Shown piece by piece: positions 10,552-19,596 of a DNA stretch of 64,000 nucleotides (position 1 is the stretch's first letter; every line of letters begins with the position of its first letter). The position numbers and the translations under genes are program-made. Source of the DNA: a bacterium (lineage in GTDB: Bacteria; SM23-31); NCBI GenBank assembly GCA_965249485.1, contig OZ252239.1:480001-544000 (forward strand), in the 5' to 3' direction. Under the pieces are notes generated by a model, which was not told the origin of the DNA, did not search any database, and was given only the letters and a program-made list of their open reading frames with translations.

Positions 10552-10613
10552 TCGGCATATTTTATTGTTTCAAATAGGAAGAAGTGTCAGAGTTGCACGA
10601 TTAATGACTTGTA

Positions 10614-11891
10614 TTACTCATCCGCTTTGAGTATATCAAACCCTGTATAGCGTCTCAATGCATCGGGAATAACGACACTTCCTTCAGCAGTTTGATATGT
10701 TTCCAATAAGGCAATCAGCAGGCGGGGTGTCGCAACACCCGATCCATTTAACGTATGGATGAATTCAACTTTTTTACCACTTTTTCTTCTGAACCGGATT
10801 CCGATTCTTCTCGCCTGAAACGCCTCAAAATTGCTGCAGCTCGACACTTCTAGATATTTTTCCTCGGCAGGTGACCACACTTCTAAATCGTAACATTTCG
10901 CTGCAGCAAAACTGAGATCCCCGGAGCACAACTCAATTACACGGTATTGCAATCCGAGTGTCTGCAGAATATCCTCTGCGTTTTTAACCAGTATTTCCAA
11001 CTCGTCGTATGAAGTTTCCGGCTCTACAAACTTCACCATTTCAACTTTGTTGAACTGATGCACCCGCTGAAATCCTTTGGTGTCTTTTCCATACGACCCC
11101 GCTTCCCGGCGGAAACAGGGAGAGAATGCCACATGATTGATTGGCAGTTGTGACAATTGAAGAATTTCGTCTTTGTAAATATTTGTTACGGACACTTCGG
11201 CAGTCGGGATTAAAAATAAATCGTCTTGCTCGATATGGTACATATCGTCTTCAAGTTTCGGAAGTTGGCCAGTTCCACCGGCGGCAGCACGATTAGCCAG
11301 AAAAGGGGTATACACCTCGGTAAAACCATGCTCTTGAATGTGAAAATCGAGCATGAAGTTGATAAGAGCCCGTTCAAGCTGTGCTCCTTTTCCGGTGAAT
11401 AGAGGAAATCCTGAACCTGCTATTTTCGATCCACGTTTAAAATCGAAGAGTTTGAGTTTCTGTCCAAGTGTGTCATGGTCTTTTACCGGGAAGTCGAACG
11501 TGGGTTTCTCTCCCCAGGACCGGATTTCAACATTTGCATCTGCATTTTTTCCGGTTGGAACCGACTCATGAGGAATATTGGGTAGACTGAAAAGAATGTC
11601 ATGAATCTTTGCATAAGCTTCGTTGATAGACACGTCTAAATTTTTGATCGATCGCGACACTTCCTGCATTTCTGCAACAAGCCCGGATGTGTCCAACTTG
11701 TCACGTTTCATCTCTGCAATCTGCCGGGAAACCGTATTCCGCTTCTGTTTCATTGAGTCGGCATCTTCCAAAAGTTTCCGCCACACTGCATCAAGATCAA
11801 GCAGCTCGTTACTCGAACCGGAGGATCCCTTTTTCTGAAGACCACGGACAACGAGATTGTAATTATCACGAATAAATTTCAAATCATACAT
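10614..11891 (-). CDS. serS: Seryl-tRNA synthetase
   Basis: N-terminal coiled coil, LIPTAEV, CFRREAGSYG, RVHQFNKVE, EVSSCSN, HTLNGSG. Confidence 0.98.
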   Translation of the reverse strand: MYDLKFIRDNYNLVVRGLQKKGSSGSSNELLDLDAVWRKLLEDADSMKQKRNTVSRQIAEMKRDKLDTSGLVAEMQEVSRSIKNLDVSINEAYAKIHDILFSLPNIPHESVPTGKNADANVEIRSWGEKPTFDFPVKDHDTLGQKLKLFDFKRGSKIAGSGFPLFTGKGAQLERALINFMLDFHIQEHGFTEVYTPFLANRAAAGGTGQLPKLEDDMYHIEQDDLFLIPTAEVSVTNIYKDEILQLSQLPINHVAFSPCFRREAGSYGKDTKGFQRVHQFNKVEMVKFVEPETSYDELEILVKNAEDILQTLGLQYRVIELCSGDLSFAAAKCYDLEVWSPAEEKYLEVSSCSNFEAFQARRIGIRFRRKSGKKVEFIHTLNGSGVATPRLLIALLETYQTAEGSVVIPDALRRYTGFDILKADE

Positions 11892-11912
11892 TGCAGTATC
11901 ATTGCCTCTTTC

Positions 11913-13307
11913 TTATCCTCCCCGGCGTGTTAAAACCGTTACTATGGTAGCCAGCAATATTTTGAAATCGAGTTTCAGCGACATATTTTCAATATAAAAC
12001 AGATCGTATTCCAATTTCTTTTTTATATCGGTAACCGATTCTGAGAACTTTTGCTTTACCTGAGCAAGTCCGGTAATTCCTGGTTTTACCCGGAGTCGTT
12101 TTGAATAAAGTGGAATTTCTTTAATGAATTTTTGTACAAAAAAGGGGAGTTCAGGCCTCGGGCCGATCAAGCTCATTTCACTTTCAAGTACGTTGATCAT
12201 CTGAGGAATTTCGTCTATTCTGAGTCTGCGAAGGAATGCTCCTACTGTCGTTATTCTGGGATCTTTTTCCTGTGTTAACAAAAACTCGGGCATTGCATCT
12301 GCGTTCTGTACCATAGAACGAAATTTATACATGGTGAAATCCTTGCCGTGCTGCCCGATTCTGACTTGTTTGTAGAATACGGAACCTTTACTATTCAGCT
12401 TTATGGCAAATCCAAGCAGAACCCAGATTGGTAAAAACACTAAGAGAACTGCTGAAGAACCAACGAGATCAATAGTCCGTTTTGCAATCCGGAATCCTAC
12501 AGAATAATTTTCAGGAAGAATTTCAACAAGGTCCAGACCATACATATGCTGAATACGGGCATTACCTACCGCAATTTCGTAGATATCGGGAATTGTTCTG
12601 AGCGCAACAGGGTAGCCGTTGCATTTATCTACGATATCGAACAGTTGGGATTTTGTCGGTTCATCAAGTATAATTAAAACTTCTTCTATATTGTTCTGAG
12701 CACATACATCATCAAATTCTTCAATACTGCCGAAAACTTTCCCTTTTAAGGATTTTGCGGGCACTACAGGTGATGTTTTGAGAAATCCAAGAGCATCGAA
12801 TCCGGTTAATACGTTATTCCTTATCTGTTGGTAGATTTTTTGCGCCTGTTGACCGGTTCCAATTATGAGCGTTTTTCGGCGTCCGAATCCCCGTTTGAGG
12901 CGATTTCTTTGATACGTGCGGATCCAGATACGGCCAACACTTAGAAAGAACATGAGAAATATCCAGTAATTCAGAATAATTATTCTAGAAAGTGGAAGAG
13001 GATTATTCACATCTATTGTCGTTGCAAAGAGAGTTATGGTTCCAAGGGAAACCGCTTTGAATACCGTAACAATCTCATCTGTCCTTGACACTGCTATTTT
13101 CGATCTGTATAATCCAAATAATGCAAAGAGGACAATCCAGATTAGAGACAGTAAGATACCCCCCAGCAAAACACCTAATGGTGTCGGGGGAACATCCGAC
13201 TCCAGCGATACAACGTAGAAACGGAGAACATAAACAAGTATATAGGCACTATTTGCGGCAAGTAAATCGGAAAGAATTAGTATAGTTTTTTCAGTAAACC
13301 GGGTCAT
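11913..13307 (-). CDS. Polyprenyl-phosphate glycosylphosphotransferase (WcaJ-like priming sugar transferase)
   Basis: Four N-terminal TMs, IIGTG Rossmann-like region, KRTID, YKFRSM, DPRIT, RIDEIPQ, IGPRPE, KPGITGLAQV. Confidence 0.92.
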   Translation of the reverse strand: MTRFTEKTILILSDLLAANSAYILVYVLRFYVVSLESDVPPTPLGVLLGGILLSLIWIVLFALFGLYRSKIAVSRTDEIVTVFKAVSLGTITLFATTIDVNNPLPLSRIIILNYWIFLMFFLSVGRIWIRTYQRNRLKRGFGRRKTLIIGTGQQAQKIYQQIRNNVLTGFDALGFLKTSPVVPAKSLKGKVFGSIEEFDDVCAQNNIEEVLIILDEPTKSQLFDIVDKCNGYPVALRTIPDIYEIAVGNARIQHMYGLDLVEILPENYSVGFRIAKRTIDLVGSSAVLLVFLPIWVLLGFAIKLNSKGSVFYKQVRIGQHGKDFTMYKFRSMVQNADAMPEFLLTQEKDPRITTVGAFLRRLRIDEIPQMINVLESEMSLIGPRPELPFFVQKFIKEIPLYSKRLRVKPGITGLAQVKQKFSESVTDIKKKLEYDLFYIENMSLKLDFKILLATIVTVLTRRGG

Positions 13308-13339
13308 ATTTTATTTAAAGAGTTCCAAAACATCGAATA

Positions 13340-14491
13340 TCAAGGGCGGTTAACCGGATTCCAATATGGTTTCTGAAGCCGAAAAATAAATTTAAAAAAT
13401 CCGATGAGCAGCCCAATATTCATAACCAAAAAGTATGCACAATAAGTTAAGAATTTTATTCTGATTTTCAAAATAGTTAACAGGACACCGAGAAACGATA
13501 ACATCAAGACTATTATTGAAGTACTGTAAAGGAAGCTGTTTACATATATCTCCTGAGTGAAGAGGCCTGAAACAAAGAAAATTATTATAAATATAGGTGA
13601 TAACCACCTAAGCACCTTATGCGACCAGATCCCCAATGCAATATACCCTTTGCGGGGATGCAGCAGTGAAGTAAAATGGATAATGTCATTGAGGTTTCCA
13701 GCACTGATTCGGATACGGCGTTTCATTTCGGCAAATATATCATCCTGAATTGGTGCAAAAACTTGAGCACGAGTCCAAAAAATACCATTATATCCATTTT
13801 TTACAGCCGAAAGTAGCGTAAACGAATCATCTGAAAAAATTGCGGTTTCCGGTAAATTTCGATACAAGGAACGTTTTACAGCAAGGACAGCACCACTCAA
13901 ACTGAATGTTGTTCTAATACGTGATTCTAATTCTCTCAGTTTTGCTTCGAATGAGAAATATTTTTGCTCCGGAACAGTTATATCATTTTTATCATTTACA
14001 ACAAAAACAACCTTGCCACCGACTACTCCAACTTTTTTATCCTGGAATGGCACAATGAGTTCTCGAACTACATCAGCATCAAACAGAACATCAGAATCGG
14101 TAAATACAAGAATCTCCCCTGTACTCTTCTCGACAAGCTGATTCAATACCCAGTTTTTACCATGCCGTTCTTGAAATAGAAAAATGGTTACCCGTGAATC
14201 ATGAATTGATTCCAAAATGGAATTAGTTTTATCAGTTGAACCATCCGATCCGATTAGGATTTCCAACTTATCTTCAGGGTAATCCAAAGCAAGGCAGTTC
14301 TTGATTCTTTCTTTTAAGACTTTCTCTTCATTATAGGCTGAAAAAATAACTGAAACTGGCGGGTAATCGGTCACTTCTCCGTATAACTGTTCTGGATAAA
14401 ATCGGGAAATTATCCATATAAGTGCATAATACCCAACATAAATATACAGTACGAGGGCAAAACTGAGCCAGAATAGTATTTCAAAAATCAT
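13340..14491 (-). CDS. Membrane glycosyltransferase family 2
   Basis: SAYNEE, SDGSTD, FTDSD, SDD, RRIRISAG; N- and C-terminal TMs. Confidence 0.9.
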   Translation of the reverse strand: MIFEILFWLSFALVLYIYVGYYALIWIISRFYPEQLYGEVTDYPPVSVIFSAYNEEKVLKERIKNCLALDYPEDKLEILIGSDGSTDKTNSILESIHDSRVTIFLFQERHGKNWVLNQLVEKSTGEILVFTDSDVLFDADVVRELIVPFQDKKVGVVGGKVVFVVNDKNDITVPEQKYFSFEAKLRELESRIRTTFSLSGAVLAVKRSLYRNLPETAIFSDDSFTLLSAVKNGYNGIFWTRAQVFAPIQDDIFAEMKRRIRISAGNLNDIIHFTSLLHPRKGYIALGIWSHKVLRWLSPIFIIIFFVSGLFTQEIYVNSFLYSTSIIVLMLSFLGVLLTILKIRIKFLTYCAYFLVMNIGLLIGFFKFIFRLQKPYWNPVNRP

Positions 14492-14560
14492 ATTGGATAT
14501 ATCTGTTTACAAACAAGAAAGAATCATTCTATTAAAATTGTGTGAGACATTCAAACGAGG

Positions 14561-15280
14561 CTACCCTCGAATCAGATGTATCATGTCGCGAACCGCTTTT
14601 TCGAGTCCTGTAAATACCGCCCGTCCAACTATTGAATGTCCAATGTTTAATTCCTCAATTTTATCGAGTGCAGCAACTTCTCTGACATTATAGTAATTCA
14701 AACCGTGCCCGGCACTAACACTAAGACCCAGTTTTGATCCTGCATACGCCATAGACTGCAAAGTGGAAATTTGCTCTTCCTGTTCATTAGCATCGACAGC
14801 TTCGGTGTATCTACCGGTATGGAGTTCAATATAGTCTGCACCAGAACGCGCAGAGGCTTTAACCTGTTCTAATTCTGGATCTATGAATAAACTCACAATG
14901 ATATTACTTGCCCGGAGCTTTGAAACTGCATCATGTATCTGATCGGTGTTGTTTATCACATCGAGTCCTCCTTCTGTTGTCACTTCAGTCCTTTTTTCGG
15001 GAACAAGTGTGACCATATCGGGTTGAACTTTTGCAGCTATTGACACCATTTCATCAGTTACGGCCATCTCCAGATTCAAATGAGTTTTGACAATCTGCCG
15101 AAGTAGGCGGAGATCCCGGTCACTTAGGTGTCGCCTATCTTCCCTCAGATGGCAGACGATACCGTCAGCACCGGCAAGTTCTACTATGACAGCCGCAGCA
15201 ACCGGATCGGGTTCGGTGATTTTCCGTGCTTCCCTTAACGTCGCAACATGATCAATATTGACTCCTAATCTCATACTCAT
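14561..15280 (-). CDS. pdxJ: Pyridoxine 5'-phosphate synthase
   Basis: [44 protein letters not shown]. Confidence 0.97.
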   Translation of the reverse strand: MSMRLGVNIDHVATLREARKITEPDPVAAAVIVELAGADGIVCHLREDRRHLSDRDLRLLRQIVKTHLNLEMAVTDEMVSIAAKVQPDMVTLVPEKRTEVTTEGGLDVINNTDQIHDAVSKLRASNIIVSLFIDPELEQVKASARSGADYIELHTGRYTEAVDANEQEEQISTLQSMAYAGSKLGLSVSAGHGLNYYNVREVAALDKIEELNIGHSIVGRAVFTGLEKAVRDMIHLIRG

Positions 15281-15349
15281 TCCTCATTTATAATATTTGG
15301 TTTACTATGCTCACTCATTCTCCTCAAGTTAACAAATCAATCTGACATT

Positions 15350-15913
15350 TCAAACAATTGACTTGTCGAACCACCGCGTAATTTTCCAGATCCCGGTATC
15401 AATATGTCTTCTCATATTAAATAGTGCTTCACCGTAAATTCTGATTTCTGAATTGAGGGTAAGAACAAATCCCTTTGAGATTTCTGCTTCTGTTGAATCT
15501 GCTGAGAAGGTTGTATAATTTGTCGTATTCCACTGCAGATCAATTGCTGTAAAGGTGTTGAAAAGTCCCGATGTTGTTCTGACATCATCTTCTTTACCCC
15601 AGGAGACAAAGGAATCGTTATCGTGATCTCGCCATACAAACACAAAGTCGTCGTCGAGGATATCACGATACACGAGTGAGTCTTTAAAGGTATAAGCAAA
15701 CTGAAAATTTATCAGCGTCTCATCTGGCGTCTGCTGTGCCGTTAAAAGGGAACTAAAATCCGTAGAAAGTTCACCGAGTCTTGGGGCAAACGGATTTGCG
15801 CAGTTTGACAGCGTCATAACTGCTATCACAACACCGATAACACCAACAAAAATTGGCAACTTGTGAAACAGACTGTCACTCAAGCCTATTCGTGAAAATG
15901 GTATCATTTTCAA
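15350..15913 (-). CDS. Hypothetical lipoprotein, probable NTF2-like fold
   Basis: Hydrophobic stretch followed by LSNC-ANPFAPR; TPDETL..F..AY...Y..IL...F.F and C-terminal WKITRWFD pattern. Confidence 0.6.
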   Translation of the reverse strand: MKMIPFSRIGLSDSLFHKLPIFVGVIGVVIAVMTLSNCANPFAPRLGELSTDFSSLLTAQQTPDETLINFQFAYTFKDSLVYRDILDDDFVFVWRDHDNDSFVSWGKEDDVRTTSGLFNTFTAIDLQWNTTNYTTFSADSTEAEISKGFVLTLNSEIRIYGEALFNMRRHIDTGIWKITRWFDKSIV

Positions 15914-16551
15914 AACTCAGCCTTCATTTGGCTCCAAACCGGAGAATCTTCTGTTTTAAAATCGGCCCAATATGATATGTACCAGAGTGCGTTGGGGTCC
16001 TTGCGCATACTCAACTCCATTCGACCTGCCACCTGTATTGATAGAGCAGGATCCGTGTGAGCGATTAATAAATCGTATTCTTTGGTCGTTTTAAGTGAGT
16101 CTCCGAATTGTGTTTCGTTGATATCCTGTAAAATCAGGCTACTAATCGAATCGTCGGGCACCACGCTAAATATTCGATTGATATAGTTTCTTTCTTCAAA
16201 TATCGTCCAGTTCTGGAACACTCCCTGATAGTTATTTGCAACACTCTGTTCCGGTTCAAATATAAAATGTATCCTTGTTTCTTCGTTGATCCCGAAACAT
16301 TTTATATAATTTTCAACGTTTTTTTCCAGAACTGACGATTTGAGATTTTCAAACACGGTTTCTGGAGTGACCGGTGGGATAAACGAGGATTGAGTTCCGC
16401 TCGGAGTTTCAGGGTCCCGTGTTGCAAATGGATTATCACACCGGATTTGTATTATACAGAGTACGGCAATAATCACACAAATCTGTCTATAATTTTTTAC
16501 AGTAGCCGCCAATTGAAGAAACGATCGGTTTTTCAAGGCATCTTGATGCAT
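15910..16551 (-). CDS. Hypothetical exported/lipoprotein, paralog of the adjacent gene
   Basis: Hydrophobic stretch followed by C-DNPFATR; TPETVF..L.....K....Y, WYISYWAD; 4-nt overlap with its neighbour; start uncertain. Confidence 0.6.
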   Translation of the reverse strand: MHQDALKNRSFLQLAATVKNYRQICVIIAVLCIIQIRCDNPFATRDPETPSGTQSSFIPPVTPETVFENLKSSVLEKNVENYIKCFGINEETRIHFIFEPEQSVANNYQGVFQNWTIFEERNYINRIFSVVPDDSISSLILQDINETQFGDSLKTTKEYDLLIAHTDPALSIQVAGRMELSMRKDPNALWYISYWADFKTEDSPVWSQMKAEF

Positions 16552-16588
16552 AATGTACCTTGCATAATTCGGTTTTGAAGTGTCATTT

Positions 16589-16652
16589 AATGTAAATAAT
16601 TAAGTAAAAATGTCAATAAAAACTTGCATTTATACGATTGGTTATGTATAAT
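16589..16652. promoter_or_regulatory. Back-to-back divergent sigma70-type promoters
   Basis: Plus strand: TTGCAT(16624)-N17-TATAAT(16647). Minus strand: TTGACA(16616-16611)-N16-TACATT. Confidence 0.5.
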
Positions 16653-17104
16653 TTAATGCTTATTATGATCTGGTTTGTCCATATTTTTCCATATTTCCGG
16701 AGAGAATTTTTTATCTTTCCTAATTTTTTGTACAAACATGCGGCTTAAACCGCTGATTTGTCTCGTACACATTCCCTGGTACTAAAGCAGAGAATTAATG
16801 TGCGTAATAGAGTGTTATAATTATACGATGATTTAATTCTTTTGTCAATATATAGTATCAAAGGTGTCATATTAAAGGAGCCACAAATTTGATGGTTTCA
16901 TACTTCGATTTTATACCCTAGACCAAGAATTCATTTATACTTTATGATATAGTGAGTGAATTAAATTTCCATTTCTGATAAGAGCTTCCATAAAAATGGA
17001 GTGACATACTATAGCAGGAAACTATCGAATCCATTGCCGGTGTTGTCGTCGAGCGAGTCGATAAAGAAGATGTTATTTTTGTAAGAAAAAGTATCCTCGA
17101 TAAC

Positions 17105-18181
17105 ATGTACCAACTTATCTTTGAGCAGCGTATTAAACTCACTGATATTGAAGAAGCTGTTGGTGAAAAATCAAAATCTGACGATTCACACAAGATTTAT
17201 TCTTACTTTGCAAATGAGCTGATAAAGTATCTTGCCGCTAAACTTACTAAAGCGAAAATGGCCGGATTCAGAGGTACTCCTCAAAAAGCAAACGCTCAGG
17301 ATAAAGAATTGAGCAAGAGCGAACAATTTCTCGAGCGAAAACGTAAGGAAGCCCTTGAAAAAGCATCAAAAGAAAATGAAGATAAATCGGGACAAGCTGA
17401 AAAAATCGGGCTTAAGGATATTGGAAAAGATATAGAAGAGCGTGAAGAGACAATGAAGGAACTCGAAAAAAAGCGGGAGGAGCAGCAAAAATCTACGGAA
17501 ACAGAATATGAAAAGCACACTTTTGCGTATCAGATCGCGTTTGAACTTTATGCTCAGGCGGTTAAATCTGCCGCCGGTAAAGAAGCGGATGTTGAAAAGT
17601 TATGTGAAATCATTAAGGAGATCGGCAGCCCGGATCTCAACAAACGGCAGGTTGCATTAGGGAAAATCGGCGCTCAACGGCAGTGTGTTTTAGCGATTGA
17701 TGCACTTGTTGCTTCAATGAAAGATAAAAATATTATAATTCCCATAATCAACGTTTTAACCAAAACAGGTAGTAAAAAATGTATTATGCCATTGATAAGC
17801 CTGATAATGGAATACCCGACACCAAAGGACATACTTTTCCGAGGTCCCGCTGAAAAAGCAATCGGTGAGACAATCCGGCTGCAAAACGAAAAAGAGAAAA
17901 GTGCCGGTACAAAATATATGTTTCAAATGTGCAGCAATCCGAAATTTGAGCCGACGATTAAAGTTCTCGCAAAAATCTTGATCAAAGATATCATCGATGA
18001 GAAAATCCGTTCTGATTACTTTACACCGCTGTGTCTCAAATGGATGTCACTAATTGCTGAAAAAGTTGCTGAGAAGAAAAAGAAAACGGTTAAGGTCGGA
18101 TTTGTCAATGTCACAAAACAGACCGACCTCTCCAAGCAACTTGGTGAATTTGCATCCACGGCAAGACAACATATTTCTTAG
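17105..18181 (+). CDS. Hypothetical cytoplasmic protein with K/E-rich coiled coil and HEAT-like repeats; true start uncertain
   Basis: 358-aa ORF; SPDLNKRQVALGKIG...AIDALVASMKD...IINVLTKTG...IMPLISLI is a HEAT-like pattern; frame is open a further 30 codons upstream. Confidence 0.6.
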   Translation: MYQLIFEQRIKLTDIEEAVGEKSKSDDSHKIYSYFANELIKYLAAKLTKAKMAGFRGTPQKANAQDKELSKSEQFLERKRKEALEKASKENEDKSGQAEKIGLKDIGKDIEEREETMKELEKKREEQQKSTETEYEKHTFAYQIAFELYAQAVKSAAGKEADVEKLCEIIKEIGSPDLNKRQVALGKIGAQRQCVLAIDALVASMKDKNIIIPIINVLTKTGSKKCIMPLISLIMEYPTPKDILFRGPAEKAIGETIRLQNEKEKSAGTKYMFQMCSNPKFEPTIKVLAKILIKDIIDEKIRSDYFTPLCLKWMSLIAEKVAEKKKKTVKVGFVNVTKQTDLSKQLGEFASTARQHIS

Positions 18182-18239
18182 GAAAAACAGTGTGTAAGAA
18201 AAATCATGACACCTCTGTTCTCTTGTGCACTAATGCGTG

Positions 18240-18266
18240 TAACCTGCCTTATTTTAATGCCGATGA
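18240..18266 (+). promoter_or_regulatory. Possible second sigma28-type promoter
   Basis: TAAC-N15-GCCGATGA upstream of the 18443 ORF. Confidence 0.35.
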
Positions 18267-18442
18267 AGATTATAATTTTGTGTGATATTAGAAAATTGCC
18301 GGAATAATCTGAGGTTGAAATTGTATTAATACATGATGGCCATTTTAAGAACATTAGATTTCAGAAACATTATTTACATTTTAATTGTTTAGTTTTATAT
18401 GCATATTATTTATCCTTACATTATTAACACAGGTTTCAAACA

Positions 18443-19555
18443 ATGATTCTTCAACAACCACATAACTACATTCTTACAAAACGTGTTCTTCTATCCGGAA
18501 TACTTTTGTCTGCTCTCATTTTCACCACCGGCTGCCAAGAAAAGCTAATCATCTTAGATATTGACAGCTATATTGATTTTTTAAATATATCGGAAAGCCA
18601 GATAGAAGAAGTACGACCTATCTTCGACGAAATCAGCGATATTGTTAACTCATATAATCTCAGCATTACAAATGATTCCCAGGTTAAAAAAAGTAAGCAT
18701 GAGCGGAGAGATTTCCGGCTCAATCTTAAAATCGAACTGTTGCGGCAATTTAATCCTGTTCTTTCGTCACTCTATGAAAAACTCGATGCGATCCAGCGAA
18801 ATTCCTTGGAGCGGTCCGAGCTGTATTATAATTATCTCACCGCCAAGCGGTACGTTGTCAATAATATCAGACCGGTGAGTGAAGTGACATATGAGCGATT
18901 TGTTACCCCGGAGATCGAGTTAGCCGCAGACCATATTTATACCGGTGAAGATTATTACAAAAATTGGACTATTCAATTTGGTCTTCCAATGAACTCTGTG
19001 TCGGGCAGGAACATCCAAAACTCGATCAATGCGGGAGGGAGACAGAGTTTTCCTACAAGTATTCAGGCTACCTTAATGGATAAAACGCTTTTGGAGCGTG
19101 AACCGGCTGGTTCCAACGGATACCCCGCCGGTTACGACTCACAATCTCATCTCGAAATCAGAGTAATTATGTCAAGCCGTCTGCACGAGAACTTTGTAGA
19201 TATTGAAAAGTGGATTCCTTTTCTTGAGCTTTCGAACGGTGTGATTTTAGAACCGGTCAAAGCAATTAAACGGGATAACGAATGGTTTGAGGATAGGAGC
19301 GTGAATCTGGTAACCAGCAACATGCCGACATTTATTTTTTCAAATGAAGAATTAGAAGAACAGTTCGAGAAACGGCCAACGCCACGCAGATCGATACATC
19401 TTGAGAGACATGTAGCATATTATCAACTCTTTTTTCCGGCAGAGATTAACAATACTCCCATTTTATCTGACGATATTTCGAATGTGAAGTTAGTTTTTCT
19501 TCAGGAGATTGGCAGTAACAACCGTGCTGAGGGGATTTGGTACTTAATATGGTAA
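18443..19555 (+). CDS. Hypothetical lipoprotein
   Basis: KR followed by a hydrophobic stretch and FTTG-C lipobox; then FLNISESQIEEV, reminiscent of LTxxQ (Spy/CpxP-like) helices. Confidence 0.65.
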   Translation: MILQQPHNYILTKRVLLSGILLSALIFTTGCQEKLIILDIDSYIDFLNISESQIEEVRPIFDEISDIVNSYNLSITNDSQVKKSKHERRDFRLNLKIELLRQFNPVLSSLYEKLDAIQRNSLERSELYYNYLTAKRYVVNNIRPVSEVTYERFVTPEIELAADHIYTGEDYYKNWTIQFGLPMNSVSGRNIQNSINAGGRQSFPTSIQATLMDKTLLEREPAGSNGYPAGYDSQSHLEIRVIMSSRLHENFVDIEKWIPFLELSNGVILEPVKAIKRDNEWFEDRSVNLVTSNMPTFIFSNEELEEQFEKRPTPRRSIHLERHVAYYQLFFPAEINNTPILSDDISNVKLVFLQEIGSNNRAEGIWYLIW

Positions 19556-19596
19556 AATAATTGAGACTGATTCGAGAAGTTGTGTTCGTTTTATCA

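Noticed and set aside
16805..16831. Third sigma28-like site TAAT-N15-TACGATGA
   Set aside because: Several mismatches in an AT-rich region; likely chance
9128..17014. In-frame TAA/TAG codons in the flagellin relic, aquaporin and upstream of ORF 17105 as evidence of stop-codon recoding
   Set aside because: TAA, TAG and TGA all terminate conserved genes at expected positions in this window, and the aquaporin also has a frameshift
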